Positions 11,421 through 24,719 of a stretch of 64,000 nucleotides of DNA are shown here, piece by piece. Each line of letters begins with the position of its first letter. Position 1 is the first letter of the stretch. The position numbers and the translations under genes are program-made. Source of the DNA: Heptranchias perlo (Eukaryota); contig NC_090340.1 in NCBI RefSeq assembly GCF_035084215.1, forward strand, positions 2,790,001 through 2,854,000, in the 5' to 3' direction. The notes under the pieces were generated by a model that saw nothing but the letters and a program-made list of their open reading frames with translations, was not told the DNA's origin and searched no databases.

Positions 11421-11694
11421 TCTTTCTTCGTTCCTTTCATATTGTAGCAACAATGGCGCTGGAGCAAAAGGAAATAAACACGCGCTGAAATTCGCGGTCG
11501 TTCTCCTCACCACCTGCCACAAAGTCCTGTAGGTTTTCCACTATTCTCAGCTGAAGTTAGTGAAAGAGATCGGTGACAGTCCCACGGAATTTCAGAGTTG
11601 TGACAACGGATTATAGATTGGAGTTGTGTCAGTGAAAGTAATTGGCTCTCGATACGCCAAAGAATCATTCCACGACTGCAAGGGGATAACGAAA

Positions 11695-11870
11695 CAACTT
11701 GCATTTATATAGCATCTTACACGACCCAGGACCTCCCTAAGCGCTTTACAGCCAATGTGTGTTGAAATGTGTTGAAATGCAGCAGATAATTTGCGCACAG
11801 CAAGGTCCCGCAGCAGCAGTCAGGTAAATTCCCAAATGTGTGTTAGTGATGTTGGTTCTCACAATCTCTC
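11695..11870 (-). mobile_element. 3' part of a Deu-domain SINE
   Basis: CTTGCATTTATATAGC...GCGCTTTACAGCCAAT...TTGCGCACAGCAAG is the reverse complement of the SINE tail. Confidence 0.7.
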
Positions 11871-12185
11871 GCTGTGCCTTGGGCGCTGTTTGGCGATCCG
11901 TTGGGAGGAAAGGGGCCTTAGAAGAATCTAGTGCAATGCGGTGGAAGTTGCCCCCCGCCCTTTCATTCAACAGGTGGTCTCGCATTTCTTTCTTTCGTAG
12001 ATTCTGGAATGAGACCATTAACCTGACGAGATTTGCAGTGCACTTCGTCATCGGTGGGCACGAAACCCCTCTGTGTAATGGTGCTGAATTCAGGATATAA
12101 GTTCTGCCCTTAAAATATTTCAACCGAGTTAGTCAAACTGTTTAACGTTAAGTTTATGCTTTGCATTTCTGCTGACGAGCAACTG

Positions 12186-12843
12186 TTTAACTTTTAGCGA
12201 TAATGTAAAACGGGCAATATCGGATCGACCGCCCCTTTTCCACCTCTCCCGATCACGAGCGGCCGATCCGTTATCGCCCTTTCTACAATAGCGCCAAAAG
12301 TTAAAATTGCTCCCAGGAAACGAAATTTCAATTGTTGACGTGTTTACCGAGTATTGTTATAAAAGCGTGTTATTTGCCTCTTTGAAGATTTGTTTCGTTC
12401 CCAGTCACATCTTCTTCAAACAAAAATTATCTGGCAGAGAGTTTGACCGATATTGTGGGTGATAGGGAATTGACAGCCCGTTTTACATCTCTAACGATTT
12501 TATATCCATTGACTAAAACGGAAATTGAAAGATCGAGTGAGTTGTAAAACAGGCTGTTGATTCGCTATCACCTGTTTTACAGTATTGCACGAAGTCACAA
12601 TTAGACCCATATTCAAAAACTGTCATACACAAAAAAAAAACAACACCCGCATGAAGAGGCTGCTTTTATCTTTGGGCGATGGTGTAAAACTGGCGATATC
12701 GGATCAGCCGGCTATTACATATCCCTCCCGATATTCATTTTCATTCAAGTCAAAGGAGGTGAAAAGCAGAAGAGACATAAAACAGGCTGCTGATTTGATA
12801 CCGCCCGTTATGCACAGCTGCTCATATTCAAAAATTGTCCCCT
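12186..12843. mobile_element. Cluster of three palindromic MITE-like elements (about 12186-12314, 12440-12600 and 12663-12843)
   Basis: Each has an arm like TTTTAACTTTTGGCGAT.TGTAAAACGGGCGATATCGGATC and its reverse complement. Confidence 0.75.
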
Positions 12844-12850
12844 CGAATAT

Positions 12851-15043
12851 GGGGCAGAAATCGCTCAGGAAATAATCTCAACAGAGCACTCCATTGTTAA
12901 TGGCGAAATGGAGGAGCGCTTCTGGCCAAACTGTTCCAGTACAGATACAACAGTGGCATGTACCCGACAAAATGTGTAAAACTGCCCAGGTACGTCCTGT
13001 CCACCAAAACCAGGACAAATCCAATCCAGCCAATTACCGCCCCATCAGTCTACTCTCAATCATCTGCAAAGTGATGGAAGGTGTCGTCGACAGTGCTAAC
13101 AAGCGGCAGTTACTTACCAATAACCTGCTCACCGATGCTCAGTTTGTGTTCTGACAGGACCTCGCAGCTCCAGACCTCATTACAGCCTTGGTCAAAACAT
13201 GGAAAAAAGAGCTGAATTCCAGAGGTGAGGTGAGAGTGATTGCCCTTGACAGCAAGGCAGCATTTGGCCGGGCGTGGCACCAAGGAGCCCCAGTAAAATT
13301 GAGGTCAATGGGAATCAGGGGAAAAACTCTCCAGTGGCTGGAGACATACCTAGCACAAAGGAAGATGGTAGCGGTTGCTGAAGGCCAATCATCTCTGCCC
13401 CAGGATATTGCTGCAGGAGTTCCTCAGGGTGGTGTCCGAGGCTCAACCATCATCAGCAGCTTCATCAATGACCTTCCCTCCAACATAAGGTCAGAAATGG
13501 GGATGTTTGCTGATGATTGCACAGTGTTCAGTATCATTCACAACCCCTCAGATAATGAAGCAGTCCGTGCCCGCATGCAGCAAGACCTGGACAACATCCA
13601 GGCTTGGGCTGATAAGTGGCAAGTAATATTCGCGCCAGACAGGTGCCAGACAATGAACATCTCCAAAAAGAGAGAGTCTAACCACCTCTCCTTGACATTC
13701 AACATCATTACCATAACTGAATCCCCCACGATCAACATCCTGAGGCTCACCATTGACCAGAAACCGAACTGCACCAGCCACATTCGTACTGTGGCTACAA
13801 GAGCAGGTCAGAGGCTGGGTATTCTGCGGCGAGTGACTCATCTCCTGACTTCTCAAACCCTTTCAACCATCGACAACGCACGAGTCTGGAGGGTGATGGA
13901 ATACTCTCCACTTTCCTGGATGGGTGCAGCTCCAACAGCAGTCAAGAAGCTCAACTCCAACCAAGACAAAGCAGCCCACTTGATTGGTAGCCCATCCAAC
14001 ATCCTAAACATTCACTCCCTTCACCACCGGCGCACTGTGGCTGAAGTGTGTACCATCCATAACAGGATGCACTGCAGCAAGTCGCCAAGGCTTCTTCAAC
14101 AGCACCTCCCAAACCCGCGACTTCTACCACCTAGAAGGATAAGGGCAACAGGCACATGGGAACAACACCACCTGCACGTTCCCCTCCAAGAATTGGAAAT
14201 ATATCGCCATTCCTTCATCTTCGCTGGGTCAAAATCCTGAAACTCCCTTCCTAACAGCATTGTGGGATAACCTTCACCACAGGGACTGCAGCGGTTCAAG
14301 AAGGCGGTTCACCACTACCTTCTCAAGGGCAATTAGGGATGGGCAATAAACGCTGGCATTGCCAGCGACTCTCACATCCCATGAATGAATTAAAATAAAG
14401 TTCCGACGTTCGCACATGCGCAATGAAAGGTGGAAATCCGGAACTTGCTCCTCCTGGTTTGTTAGCTATGACAGCTTCGAAATAAAGGCATATCCTACGC
14501 TGCAATCAGAGAAATCATTGAAAAAGTGCAAAGTTACGTATCTGCCCAGCTGGACAGTAACTTATTATGCCACCTAACAGTGAAGCTTAAAAATACAGGT
14601 CTAAACTGGGTTTTACAGCGTGGTAAGTCTTAATGATTGCCAACCAACTCAAAATTAACTTTTAAAAATATTTAAAATTAAAGATTTATTGTTTTAGTTT
14701 TCCATTCTATCTCTTTTATTTCGTTCAATTATTTCTTACCCTCCCTTTTTTCGCCGACAATAACTGTTTTTACATTGATTTTAATGTTGTACCTTAATGA
14801 TCCAAGCCTGCAGAGATCGTTAATGCAGCGTGTCAAAAATGCTGCGATCTGATTGGTCTAGGGGAGAGATCGATCCTCTAGCTTTTCCAAGATCCTTGCT
14901 TGGCTTGAATTGAAACTGGACTCTTCTACGCTTCCGATTCGAGGAAGTGCATGATGAAAAGGCCGTCGGTAAGTTAGTGGGTTAGTATAAAGCTATGCAG
15001 TGGCGATCTGTGTTGGTTCCCGCTCGCAGCAATTTTCTGCCCC
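12851..15043. mobile_element. Non-autonomous DNA transposon with GGGGCAGAAA terminal inverted repeats, interrupted by a LINE
   Basis: GGGGCAGAAA at 12851-12860 and TTTCTGCCCC at 15034-15043. The flanking triplets (TAT/AAT) are not an exact TSD. Confidence 0.5.
12922..14399 (+). mobile_element. 5'-truncated CR1/jockey-group LINE (family B)
   Basis: NPANYRPISLLS, GVPQG, MFADD, WQVIFAPDRCQ; ends ATCCCATGAATGAATTAAAA. Confidence 0.9.
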
Positions 15044-15453
15044 AATCGGCTTCGACGTGCTCTTTTCGCTCTCATGTTGGGGCAGAAATTATTTTGTCCC
15101 TTTGAAGGTGAACCTATTTCCTTCCTTGGTGTAGAGCGTCCTCTCTGCCCGCCCGCTTTCGCCTCTCGGCCTAGCCTGCAACTACTTCCAGAGGTCACCG
15201 TCCCCAATTTGGCCACAGCTATGGCCGCAGGACCTGCACAAGTATAACAAAAGTACACTGGTAAAAATCGCCGGCCATGAGAATTTATGGAAGGAAAATT
15301 CTCACAAACATCTTGGAGAACAAATATTTGTCGCTTGCAGCGAAATGAATGCAAAAGCAAGACAGCTTGGAATTAAAATTCGAATATGATCTCTGAGGCA
15401 ATTAGTGAGAACATCACTTGATCAACAATGGATAAAGAAAGTAATAACGTCAG

Positions 15454-15732
15454 TTAATCCTTTTTTAATGATGTTAGTTGAGGGCTAAATATTAGCCAGG
15501 ATACCGGGAGAACTCCCCTAATCTGTCTCCGCTGAGGGACATTTTGCTTCCACCTGAGAGGGCAGAGAAGCCCTTGGTTTAAGGTTTCATATGAAAGATG
15601 GCACATCGGACAGGGCAACACTCCCTCAGTACCGCTCTGGAGTGTCAGCCCAGATTTTGTATTAAAGTCTCTGGAGTGGGGCTGGAACCACCTTCTTGAC
15701 AGAGGCGGGAGTGCTGCCACTGAGTTAAAGCT
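15454..15732 (-). mobile_element. Deu-domain SINE, 5' half
   Basis: CTCCCTCAGTAC...GGAGTGTCAGCC...AAGTCTCTGGAGTGGG...CACTGAG is the reverse complement of the SINE head and core. Confidence 0.75.
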
Positions 15733-15784
15733 GAAACATTTTAACAAGTCGAAATGTAGACATTTAAGCAGTGAGACAGAAGTC

Positions 15785-16402
15785 CTTAGCCTTCATTGCA
15801 AGAGGATTTGAGTACAGGAGCAGGGATGTCTTAGTGCAGTTATACAGGGCCTTGGTGAGACCATATCTGGAGTATTGTGTGCAGTTTTGGTCTCCTTATC
15901 TGAGGAAGGATGTCCTTGACATGGAGGGAGTGCAACGAAGGTTTACCAGACTTATTCCTGGGATGGCAGAACTGACGTATGAGGAGAGATTGGGTCGACT
16001 AGGCCTGTATTCACTAGAGTTTAGAAGAATGAGAGGTGATCTCATCGAAACATATAAAATTCTAACAGGACTAGACCGACTAGATACAGGGAGGATGTTC
16101 CCGATGGCTGGGAAGTCCAGAACCAGGGGTTACAGTCTCAAGATACGGGGTATGCCATTTAGAACCGAGGCGAGGAGCAATTTCTTCACTCAGAGGGTGG
16201 TAAACCTGTGGAATTCTCTACCACAGAAGGCAGTGGAGGCCAAGTCATTAGATGTATTCAAGAAGGTGATAGATATGGGGAAAAAGTGGGAAAAGGGTAC
16301 TGAGTTAGACGATCAGCCATGATCATTTTGAATGGCGGAGCAGGCCCGAAGGGCCAATGGCCTACTCTTGCTCCTATTTTCTATTTTCCTTTGTTTCTAT
16401 GT
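15785..16402 (+). mobile_element. CR1 3' fragment
   Basis: LYRALVRPYLEYCVQFWSP...RGDLIETYKI...FFTQRVVNLWNSLP, followed by a 3'UTR. Confidence 0.9.
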
Positions 16403-17166
16403 CATGTGATTAATGTGGATTGGGGCTAAGTCCCACATCAAAATAAGTTTATGAGGGAAGAAAGAATCGAGGATATACATATCGGGTTAGATGACGTAGA
16501 TTGGGAGGAGTGTCATGTGGCGCATAAACACCGACGCAGACAGTTGGGCCGAATGGCCTGTTGCTGTGCTGTAAATTCTATATAATTCAATCTAATAAAG
16601 TTATATGAGGTTAAAACAAGGCCGTATTAGTTATTGGGGATCCAGTACATTTGATGTAAACACCCATTATATTTATAATCGCGCAAGCAGTATTTTTTTG
16701 CGGGATGGCAGTGTTGATCAATTAACCCATTAGAAATTGTCGAACAGACGTGTCATTCGGCACGTCTACATTCATAAACAAAGTGGTACCGTGCCAAATT
16801 ATATGCTCCAGTTCTCACGCATCAACGGGCTGTTTCCTATGAAGAAAAAATAGTTATTAGGTCATTTACAAGTCAAGCGCATACATGCAGCAGTTCCTCT
16901 TTATAGAAGTGGTTAGACTGAAATGAAACCTATAATTAAAGATGTGAACAGTTTCAAAATTCAGGGGCTGTTGACAAGTTTGAAGCGGCACCTAAGATGT
17001 AAACATAGACATTGGTTGTTAATTGTGAAATGTTAGTTTTTCATCAATAGCCCCTCGTGAACTTTTGTTCCACACTCAGCCTGTTAACAGGAAGTCTTGT
17101 TGCAACGACTTTGTTCCAATTACGACAAACACTAAGGTCATTTACGACAACAACTAAAATTCATAC

Positions 17167-18753
17167 GATGGCTTACATCCTAGGGTCTTGAGGGAAGTGG
17201 CAGTAGGGATTGTGGATGCTTTGGTAATAATTTTCCAAAATTCTCTGGACTCGGCAAAGGTCCCGGCAGATTGGAAAACTGCTAATGTAACACCCTTATT
17301 TAAAAAGGGTAGTAGGCAGAAGGCTGGAAATTATAGAATGGTTAGCCTAACATCTGTGGTGGGTAAAATTTTGGAGTCTATTATTAAGGAGACTGTAGCA
17401 GAACATTTGGATCAACATAATTTAATAGGACAAAGTCAGCATGGCTTTACGAAGGGGAAGTCATGTCTTACAAATTTGCTTGAGTTCTTTGAGGACATAA
17501 CGTACAGGGTGGATAAAGGGGAACCAGTGGACGTAGTGTATTTAGACTTCCAGAAGGCATTCGACAAGGTGCCACATAAAAGATTATTGCTCAAGTTAAA
17601 GAATCACTGGATTGGGGGTAATATTCTGGCATGGGTGGAGGATTGGTTATCTAACAGGAAGCAGAGAGTTGGGATAAATGGTTCATTCTCGGACTGGCAA
17701 CCAGTAGCCAGTGGTGTTCCGCAGTTGTCGGTGCTGGGTCCCCAACTCTTTACAATCTATATTAACAATTTGGAGGAGGGGACCGAGTGTAACATATCAA
17801 AGTTTGCAGATGATACAAAGATGGGAGGGAAAGTGGAGAGTGAGGAGGACATAAAAAACCTACGGTGGATATAGACAGGCTGGGTGAGAGGGCGGAGATT
17901 TGGCAGATGCAATACAATATTGGAAAATGTGAGGTTATGCACTTTGGCACGAAAAATCAGAGAGCAAGTTATTATCTTAAAGGCGAGAAACTGGAAAGTA
18001 CTGCAGTACAAAGGGATCTGGGGGTCTGAGTGCAAGAAAATCAAAAAGTTAGTATGCAGGTGCAGCAGGTGATCAAGAAGGCCAACGGAATGTTGGCTTT
18101 TATTGCTAGGGGGATAGAATATAAAAACAGGGAGGTATTGCTGCAGTTATATAAGGTATTGGTGAGACCGCACCTGGAATACTGCATACAGTTTTGGTGT
18201 CCATACTTAAGAAAAGACATACTTGCTCTCGAGGCAGTACAAAGAAGGTTCACTCGGTTAATCCCGGGGATTAGGGGGTGGACATATGAGTTGAGGATGA
18301 GCAGATTGGGACTCTACTCATTGGAGTTCAGAAGAATGAGAGGCGATCTTATTGAAACATATAAGATTGTGAAGGGCCTTGATCGGGTGGATGCGTTAAG
18401 GATGTTCCCAAGGATGGGTGAAACTAGAACTAGGGGGCATAATCTTACAATAAGGGGCTGCTCTTTCAAAACTGAGATGAGGAGAAACTTCTTCACTCAG
18501 AGGATAGTAGGTCTGTGGAATTTTCTGCCCCAGGAAGCTGTGGAAGCTACATCATTGAATAAATTTAAAACAGAAATAGACAGTTTCCCAGAAGTAAAGG
18601 GAATTAGGGGTTACGGGGAGCGGGCAGGAAATTGGACATGAATTTAGATTTGATGTTAGGATCAGATCGACCATGATCTTATTGAATGGCGGAGCAGGCT
18701 CGAGGGGCCGATTGGCCTACTCCTTTTACTATTTCTTATGTTCTTATGTTCTT
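17167..18753 (+). mobile_element. 5'-truncated CR1, same subfamily as 39066-42018
   Basis: ORFs 17188-17874 and 18030-18641 are near-identical to the 832-aa ORF; (TTCTTATG)n tail. Confidence 0.93.
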
Positions 18754-19182
18754 ATAATAATAAAATTCATAACTTGGACAAACGGCCCCACGGGCTTCAC
18801 TGATGGGTATTCAAAAATTGGCTTCGGAAAGGAAGAAATATTAGGGGGAGTTACCAAAAGCTTGTTCAAAGAGGTAGATTTTAATGAGGGTATTACAAAA
18901 GGAGAGGGACGTGAACAGGCACACCGGAACAGGGAGCGAACTCCAGAATGTGGGTCGGAGCATTTTAAAGAGCAGCGGTAAAAGGAGGGGGGAGGTGTAC
19001 CAGGGGCTGGAGTAATGGGAACGGAGACTATATGACTCCTGCTGAGATTGCCCAGGGACTTAAAGTTATAATTGCTCCAATTTAGCGGTAAACCAAGAAG
19101 AGTGGCCATTCTGCTCATTTTATAATTGATCCGAAGTGGGAAGAAAATGGCGGGGCAAATATGGCAAGCAAATTTCAGAAAA

Positions 19183-21987
19183 AGCAACAGCCTGACATAG
19201 CCATACTCACAGAATCATATCGATCAGCCCATGTCCCAGACTCTTCCATCACCATCCCTGGGTATGTCCTGTCCCACCGGCAGAAGAGACCGACCAGAGG
19301 TGGTCGTACAGTGATATACAGTCAGGAGAGAGTGGCCCTGGGAGTCCTCAAGATTGACTCTGGATCCCAAGAAATCTCATGGCATCAGGTCAAATATGGG
19401 CAAGGAACCCTCTTGCTGATTACCACCTACCGCCCGCCCTCAGCTGATGAATCAGTCTTCCTCCATGTTGAACACCACTTGGAGGAAGCACTGAGGGTAA
19501 CAAGGGCACAGACTGTACTCTGGGAGGGGGACTTCAATGTCCATCACCAAGGGTGGCTCGGTTGCACCATTACTGACCGAGCTGGCCGATTCCTGAAGGA
19601 CATAGCTCCAGACTGGGCATGCGGCAGGTGGTGAGTGAACCAAGATGAGGGAAAAACTTACGTGACCTCGTCCTCACCAATCTACCTGTCGCAAATGCAT
19701 CTGTCCATGAAAGTATTGGTTGGAGTGATCACCGCACAGTTATCGTGGAGATGAAGTCCCGTCTTCGCACTGAAGACACAATCCAACGTGTTGTGTGGCA
19801 CTACCACCGAACTAAATGGTATAGATTCAGAACAGATCTAGCAGCTCAAAACTGCGTATCCATGAGGCGCTGTGGGCCATCAGCAGCAGCAGAAGTGTAT
19901 TCAAGCACAATCTGTAACCTCATGGCCCGGCATATTCCTCACTCTACCATTACTAACAAGCCAGGGGATCAACCCTGGTTCAATGAGGAGTGTAGAAGAG
20001 CATGCCAGGAGCAGCACCAGGCGTACCTAAAAATGAGGTGCCAACCTGGTGAAGCTACAACACAGGACCACATGCATGCTAAACAGCCGAAGCAACCTAC
20101 TATAGACAGTGCTAAGTGATTCCACAATCAACGGATCAGATCAAAGCTCTGCAGTCCTGCCACATGCAGTCGTGAATGGTGGTGGACAATTAAACAACTA
20201 ACGGGAGGAGGAGGCTCTGCAAACATCCCCTTCCTCAATGATGGCGGAGTTCAGCAAGTGAGTGCAAAAGACAAGGCTGAAGAGTTTGCAACCATCTTCA
20301 GCCAGAAGTGCTGAGCGGATGATCCATTTCGGCCTGCTCCCGATATCCCCATCATCACAGAAGCCAGTCTTCAGCCAATTCAATTCACTCCACGTGATAT
20401 CAAGAAACGGCTGAGTGCACTGGATACAGCAAAGGCTGTGGGCCCCGACAACATCCTGGCTGTAGTGCTGAAGACTTGTGCACCAGAACTAGCTGCGCCT
20501 CTAGCCAAGCTGTTCCAGTACAGCTACAAAACTGACATCTACCGGACAATGTGGAAAATTGCCCAGGTATGTCCTGTCCATGAAAAGCAGGACAAATCCA
20601 ATCCGGCCAATTACCTCCCCATTAGTTTACTCTCAATCATCAGAAAAGTGATGGAAGGTGTCGTCGACAGAGCTATCAAGCGGCACTTATTCACGAATAA
20701 CCTACTCACCAATGCTCAGTTTGGGTTCTGCCAGGTCCACTCGGCTCCAGACCTCATTACAGCCTCGGTCCAAACATGGACAAAAGAGCTGAATTCCAGA
20801 GGTGAGGTGAGAGAGACTGCCCTTGATATCAAGGCAGCATTTGACTGAGTATGGTACCAAGGAGCCCTAGTAAAATTGAAGTCAATGTGAATCAGGAGGA
20901 AAACTCTCCAGTGGCTGGAGTCATACCTAGCACAACGAAAGATAATAGAGGTTGTTGGAGGCCAATCATCTCAGCCCCAGGGCATTGCTGCAGGAGTTCC
21001 TCAGGGCAGTGTCCTAGGCCCAACCATCTTCAGCTGCTTCATCAATGACCTTCCCTCCATCATAAGGTCAGAAATGGGGATGTTCGCTGATGATTGCACA
21101 GTGTTCAGTTCCATTCGCAACCAGTCAAATAAAGAAGCATTACGAGCCCGCATGCAGCAAGATCTGGACAACATCCAGGCTTGTGCTCATATGTGGCAAG
21201 TAACATTAGCGCCAGATAAGTGCCAGGCAATGACCATCTCCAACAAGAGAGTGTCTAACCACCTCCCCTTGACATTCAACGGCATTACCATCGCCGAATC
21301 CCCCACCATCAACATCCTGGGCGTCACCATTGACCAGAAACATAAATGGACCAGCCATATAAACACTTTGTCCACACGAGCCGGTCAGATGCTGGGTATT
21401 CTGTGGCGAGTGACTCACCGCCTGACTCCCCAAAGCCTTTCCACCATCTGCAAGGCACAAGTCAGGAGTGTGATGGAATACTGTCTACCCGCCTGAATAA
21501 TTGCAGCTCCAACAACACTCAAGAAGCTCGACACCATCCAGGACAAAGCAGCCCGCTTGATTGACACTCCATCCACCACCATCAACGTTCACTCCCTTCA
21601 CCACCGGCGCACAGTGGCTGCAGTGTGTACCATCCACAGGATGCACTGCAACAATTCGCCAAAGGCTTCTTCGACAGCACCTCCCAAACCCGCGACCTCT
21701 TCCACCTAGACGGACAAGAGCAGCAGGTACATGGGAACAACATCACCTGCACATTCCTCTCCAAGTCACACACCATCCCGATTTGGAAATATATCGCCGT
21801 TCCTTCATCGTCGCTGTGTCAAAATTCTGGAACTTCCTTCCTAACAGCACTGTGGGAGAACCTTCCACACGGACTGCAGAGTTTCAAGAGGGCGGCTCAT
21901 TACCACCTTCTCGAGGGCAATTAGGGATGGGCAATAAATGCCGGCCTCGCCAGCGATGCCCACATCCCATGAACGAATAAAAAAAAT
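19183..21987 (+). mobile_element. Family-B LINE covering most of ORF2 (EN and RT), disrupted
   Basis: PDIAILTES, TTYRPP, GDFN, GPDNI, AQFGF and MFADD in several frames; poly(A) end. Confidence 0.92.
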
Positions 21988-22009
21988 GGAGGTTTAAAAT
22001 TTTACACCT

Positions 22010-23430
22010 GTGTTCTAAAAAGGTGAGATGCATAAATCCAATAACTGCAGGCCAGTCAGCCTGACATTGGTGGTTGGGAAACTTTTAGAGACAATATTCC
22101 GCAACAAAATTAATTTTCACTTTGAAAAACATGTGTTAATAAATAACATCCAGCACGGATTTGTTGAAGGCCAATCGTGTTTGAAAAATTTGATTGAATT
22201 CTTTGATGATTTAAGGGAGAAGGTTGATTTGCGTCGTGCAGTTGATGTTTTGTGTATGGACTTTCAATAGTCGTTTGTTAAGATACCACATAATAGACCG
22301 GTTAGAAAAATTGAAGCCCATGGGAGTAAAGGGGCAGTGTTATGGACGAAGCGAAATTGGCTAAGGGACAGAAAGTAGAGTAGCTGTGATCAGTTATATT
22401 TCAGACGGGGGCAAGTGTGCAGTGGTGTCTCCCAGGGGTCGGTATCAAGACCAATGCTCTTTTTGATATATCAGTGACCTGGACTTGGGTATGAAGAGCA
22501 TAATTTCCAAGTTTTCAAATGACATGAAACTCAGAAATGTAGTCAATAGTATGGAAGATAATAGCAGACTTCAGGAGTACATATACAGACTGGTAAAATG
22601 GACAGTCACGTGGCAAACTGCATGTAATGCAGATAAATGTGAAATGATGGATTTTGGAAGGAAGAATGGGGAGAGAAAATATAAACGATATGGTGCAATT
22701 TTTAAAGGTTTGCAGGAATATAGAGACCTGGGGGTGCACATACACAAATCTTTGAAGGTGGCAGGGCAAATAGATGTGGCTGTTAAAAAGCATACGGGAT
22801 CCTCAGCTTTATAAGTACGGGCATAGTTTACAAAAGCAAATATATTATGTGAAACCGTAATAAATCACGAATTAGGCCTCAACTGAAGTATTTTGGCCAA
22901 TTCCGAGCACCACATTTTAGAAATGATGTGAATGAATTGGAGAGGGTACAGGGGAGATTTAATAGAATGGTACCAGGGCTGAGGGACTTGAGTTATGTGG
23001 AGGGATTGGTGAAGCGGGGTTTTTTCAACTTAGAGCAGGGAAGTTTAAGGGCAGATTTAATAGATGTGGTCACATTTTAGAGGGGTTTTGATAGAGTAAA
23101 TAATGAGAAACTGTTTCCGCTGGCAGGAGGGTCGGCAACTAGAAGAAATAGATTTAAGCTAATTGGCAAAAGAGCCAGAGGGGAGATGAGAAGAAGTTAT
23201 TTTAAGCTGCGAGTTATTATGAACTGGAATGCACTGCCTGAAAGGATTGTGGAAGCAGATTCAGTATTAACTTTCAAAAGGGAATTGGATAAGTACTTGA
23301 AGGGGAAATACAATTGTAGCGCTATGGGGAAAGAGCAGGGGAGTGGGACTAATTGGATAACTCTTTCTAAGAGCCGGCACAGGCACGGTGGGCCGAATGG
23401 CTTCCTTCTGTTCTGTGTGAATCTATGATG
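22010..23430 (+). mobile_element. Degraded CR1 RT and 3' fragment
   Basis: RPVSLTLVVGKLLE, QHGF, WNALPERIVEADS. Confidence 0.85.
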
Positions 23431-23441
23431 GAATCATGTAA

Positions 23442-23587
23442 TTTTGACTGTGGGCACTATATAAAACTGGCGATAGCCATCCTTTATACATCTCTCCGGA
23501 TGGCAATGAAAACCGAGAAAGATGTATAAAGGGCAGCGGGTTCGATATCGTCCGTTAAATACCAGCGCCCACAGAAAAAATATCCCC
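23442..23587. mobile_element. Palindromic MITE-like element
   Basis: CTGTGGGCACT...CCTTTATACATCT pairs with AGATGTATAAAGG...AGCGCCCACAG. Confidence 0.65.
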
Positions 23588-23891
23588 ATGGTGTTTGGCC
23601 AGAGAACGAGATGGTGTCCACAGTGTAACTGGGATTCAGGAGCCCCGCATCAGTCTCAGATCGGTACCTGCATCGAGCAACAGAGGGCTTCTGTAAAACG
23701 CGTTCAAAACAAGATCGGAAATAAAAAGAATATTTCTCCACGGATTCACCCACATTGCATTCTCTATGGCTTGCTATTAGTCTAAGTTCATTTTAGGATC
23801 CAAGGTTAAGAAGAAAACTAATCCAAAAAAGCACAATCAAAACATTTGTGGAGTATCTAAAATCAGCAACATGTGAAGTTTGGACGATATA

Positions 23892-24000
23892 GGGGTAATT
23901 TTAACTTTTATCACAGAGTTACAAACGGACGATAAGGATTGGTCGCCTGTTTTACAACGCACACGAATTTCCTTTTCATTGAAGTTAATTGACTATAAAC
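23892..24000. mobile_element. MITE-like element, left arm
   Basis: Begins GGGGTAATTTTAACTTTT, the family terminus. Confidence 0.55.
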
Positions 24001-24039
24001 CGATGTTAGTATCACTACAATCATTAAACTTGTTCTTCT

Positions 24040-24245
24040 CATTTTCAGCACATTACTGCTCTGACTATTTATTCCGTCTCTCTGGTGCGTTTTTACTACC
24101 ACCTCTTTCTCTTTGTTCTGATGCTATTTAAATGTTGCTCGTTTTGTCCAATTCTGAAGACGGTTTACACCCGAAACGTTAACTCATTTGTTTTCTCCTC
24201 AGATGCTGAAGGATATGCTGAGAAGTTTCTGTTTTTTTTTTCCTG
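24040..24245 (+). mobile_element. Penelope-like terminal-repeat remnant with a degenerate hammerhead-type motif
   Basis: TCTGAAGA-CGGTTTACACCC-GAAACGTTAACTC...CTCAGATGCTG...TGCTGAG. Confidence 0.55.
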
Positions 24246-24664
24246 AGGATTGTGTCCACAACACTGCAGAGATAGGCCGTGGAAATGCCACTGTGGACTG
24301 CCTATGCAATAATTCTTCATCTCATATTATCGACAATTTGTATATGTTGAACAATGCTATCAACAAGCAAAGAAGCTAACTCCAGCTTTCTATTTCCAGA
24401 AGGATATTTTCTACCGCGTTCACCTGGCACACAGGGTCCCGCCGTGGCCTGGAGTTTGACACTTGCTACTAACGTTGTGACGAACTTCAAACCGACATTG
24501 AGCGCTCAGCTCCACGAACACGTCACACTTGTGAAAATTAATTCATTCATTGGCTCTGACATTGTAAGTGTTTGTCATCACCTCGCAGGTTATCACCGGA
24601 CCTCTTTCGAAACTATCGGAGCTTTGTGCTTCCTCAAGCAAGCGACACATTTCCGTTGTTAAAC

Positions 24665-24719
24665 ATGTTTATAGGCGATGCACTTCAGTTCATATGGGTC
24701 CTGGGGATTACGTGCACAG
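24665..24719 (+). CDS. Exon 1: signal peptide MFIGDALQFIWVLGITCT
   Basis: Hydrophobic leader, donor ACAG|GTATTT, 118-bp intron to the V exon. Confidence 0.8.
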
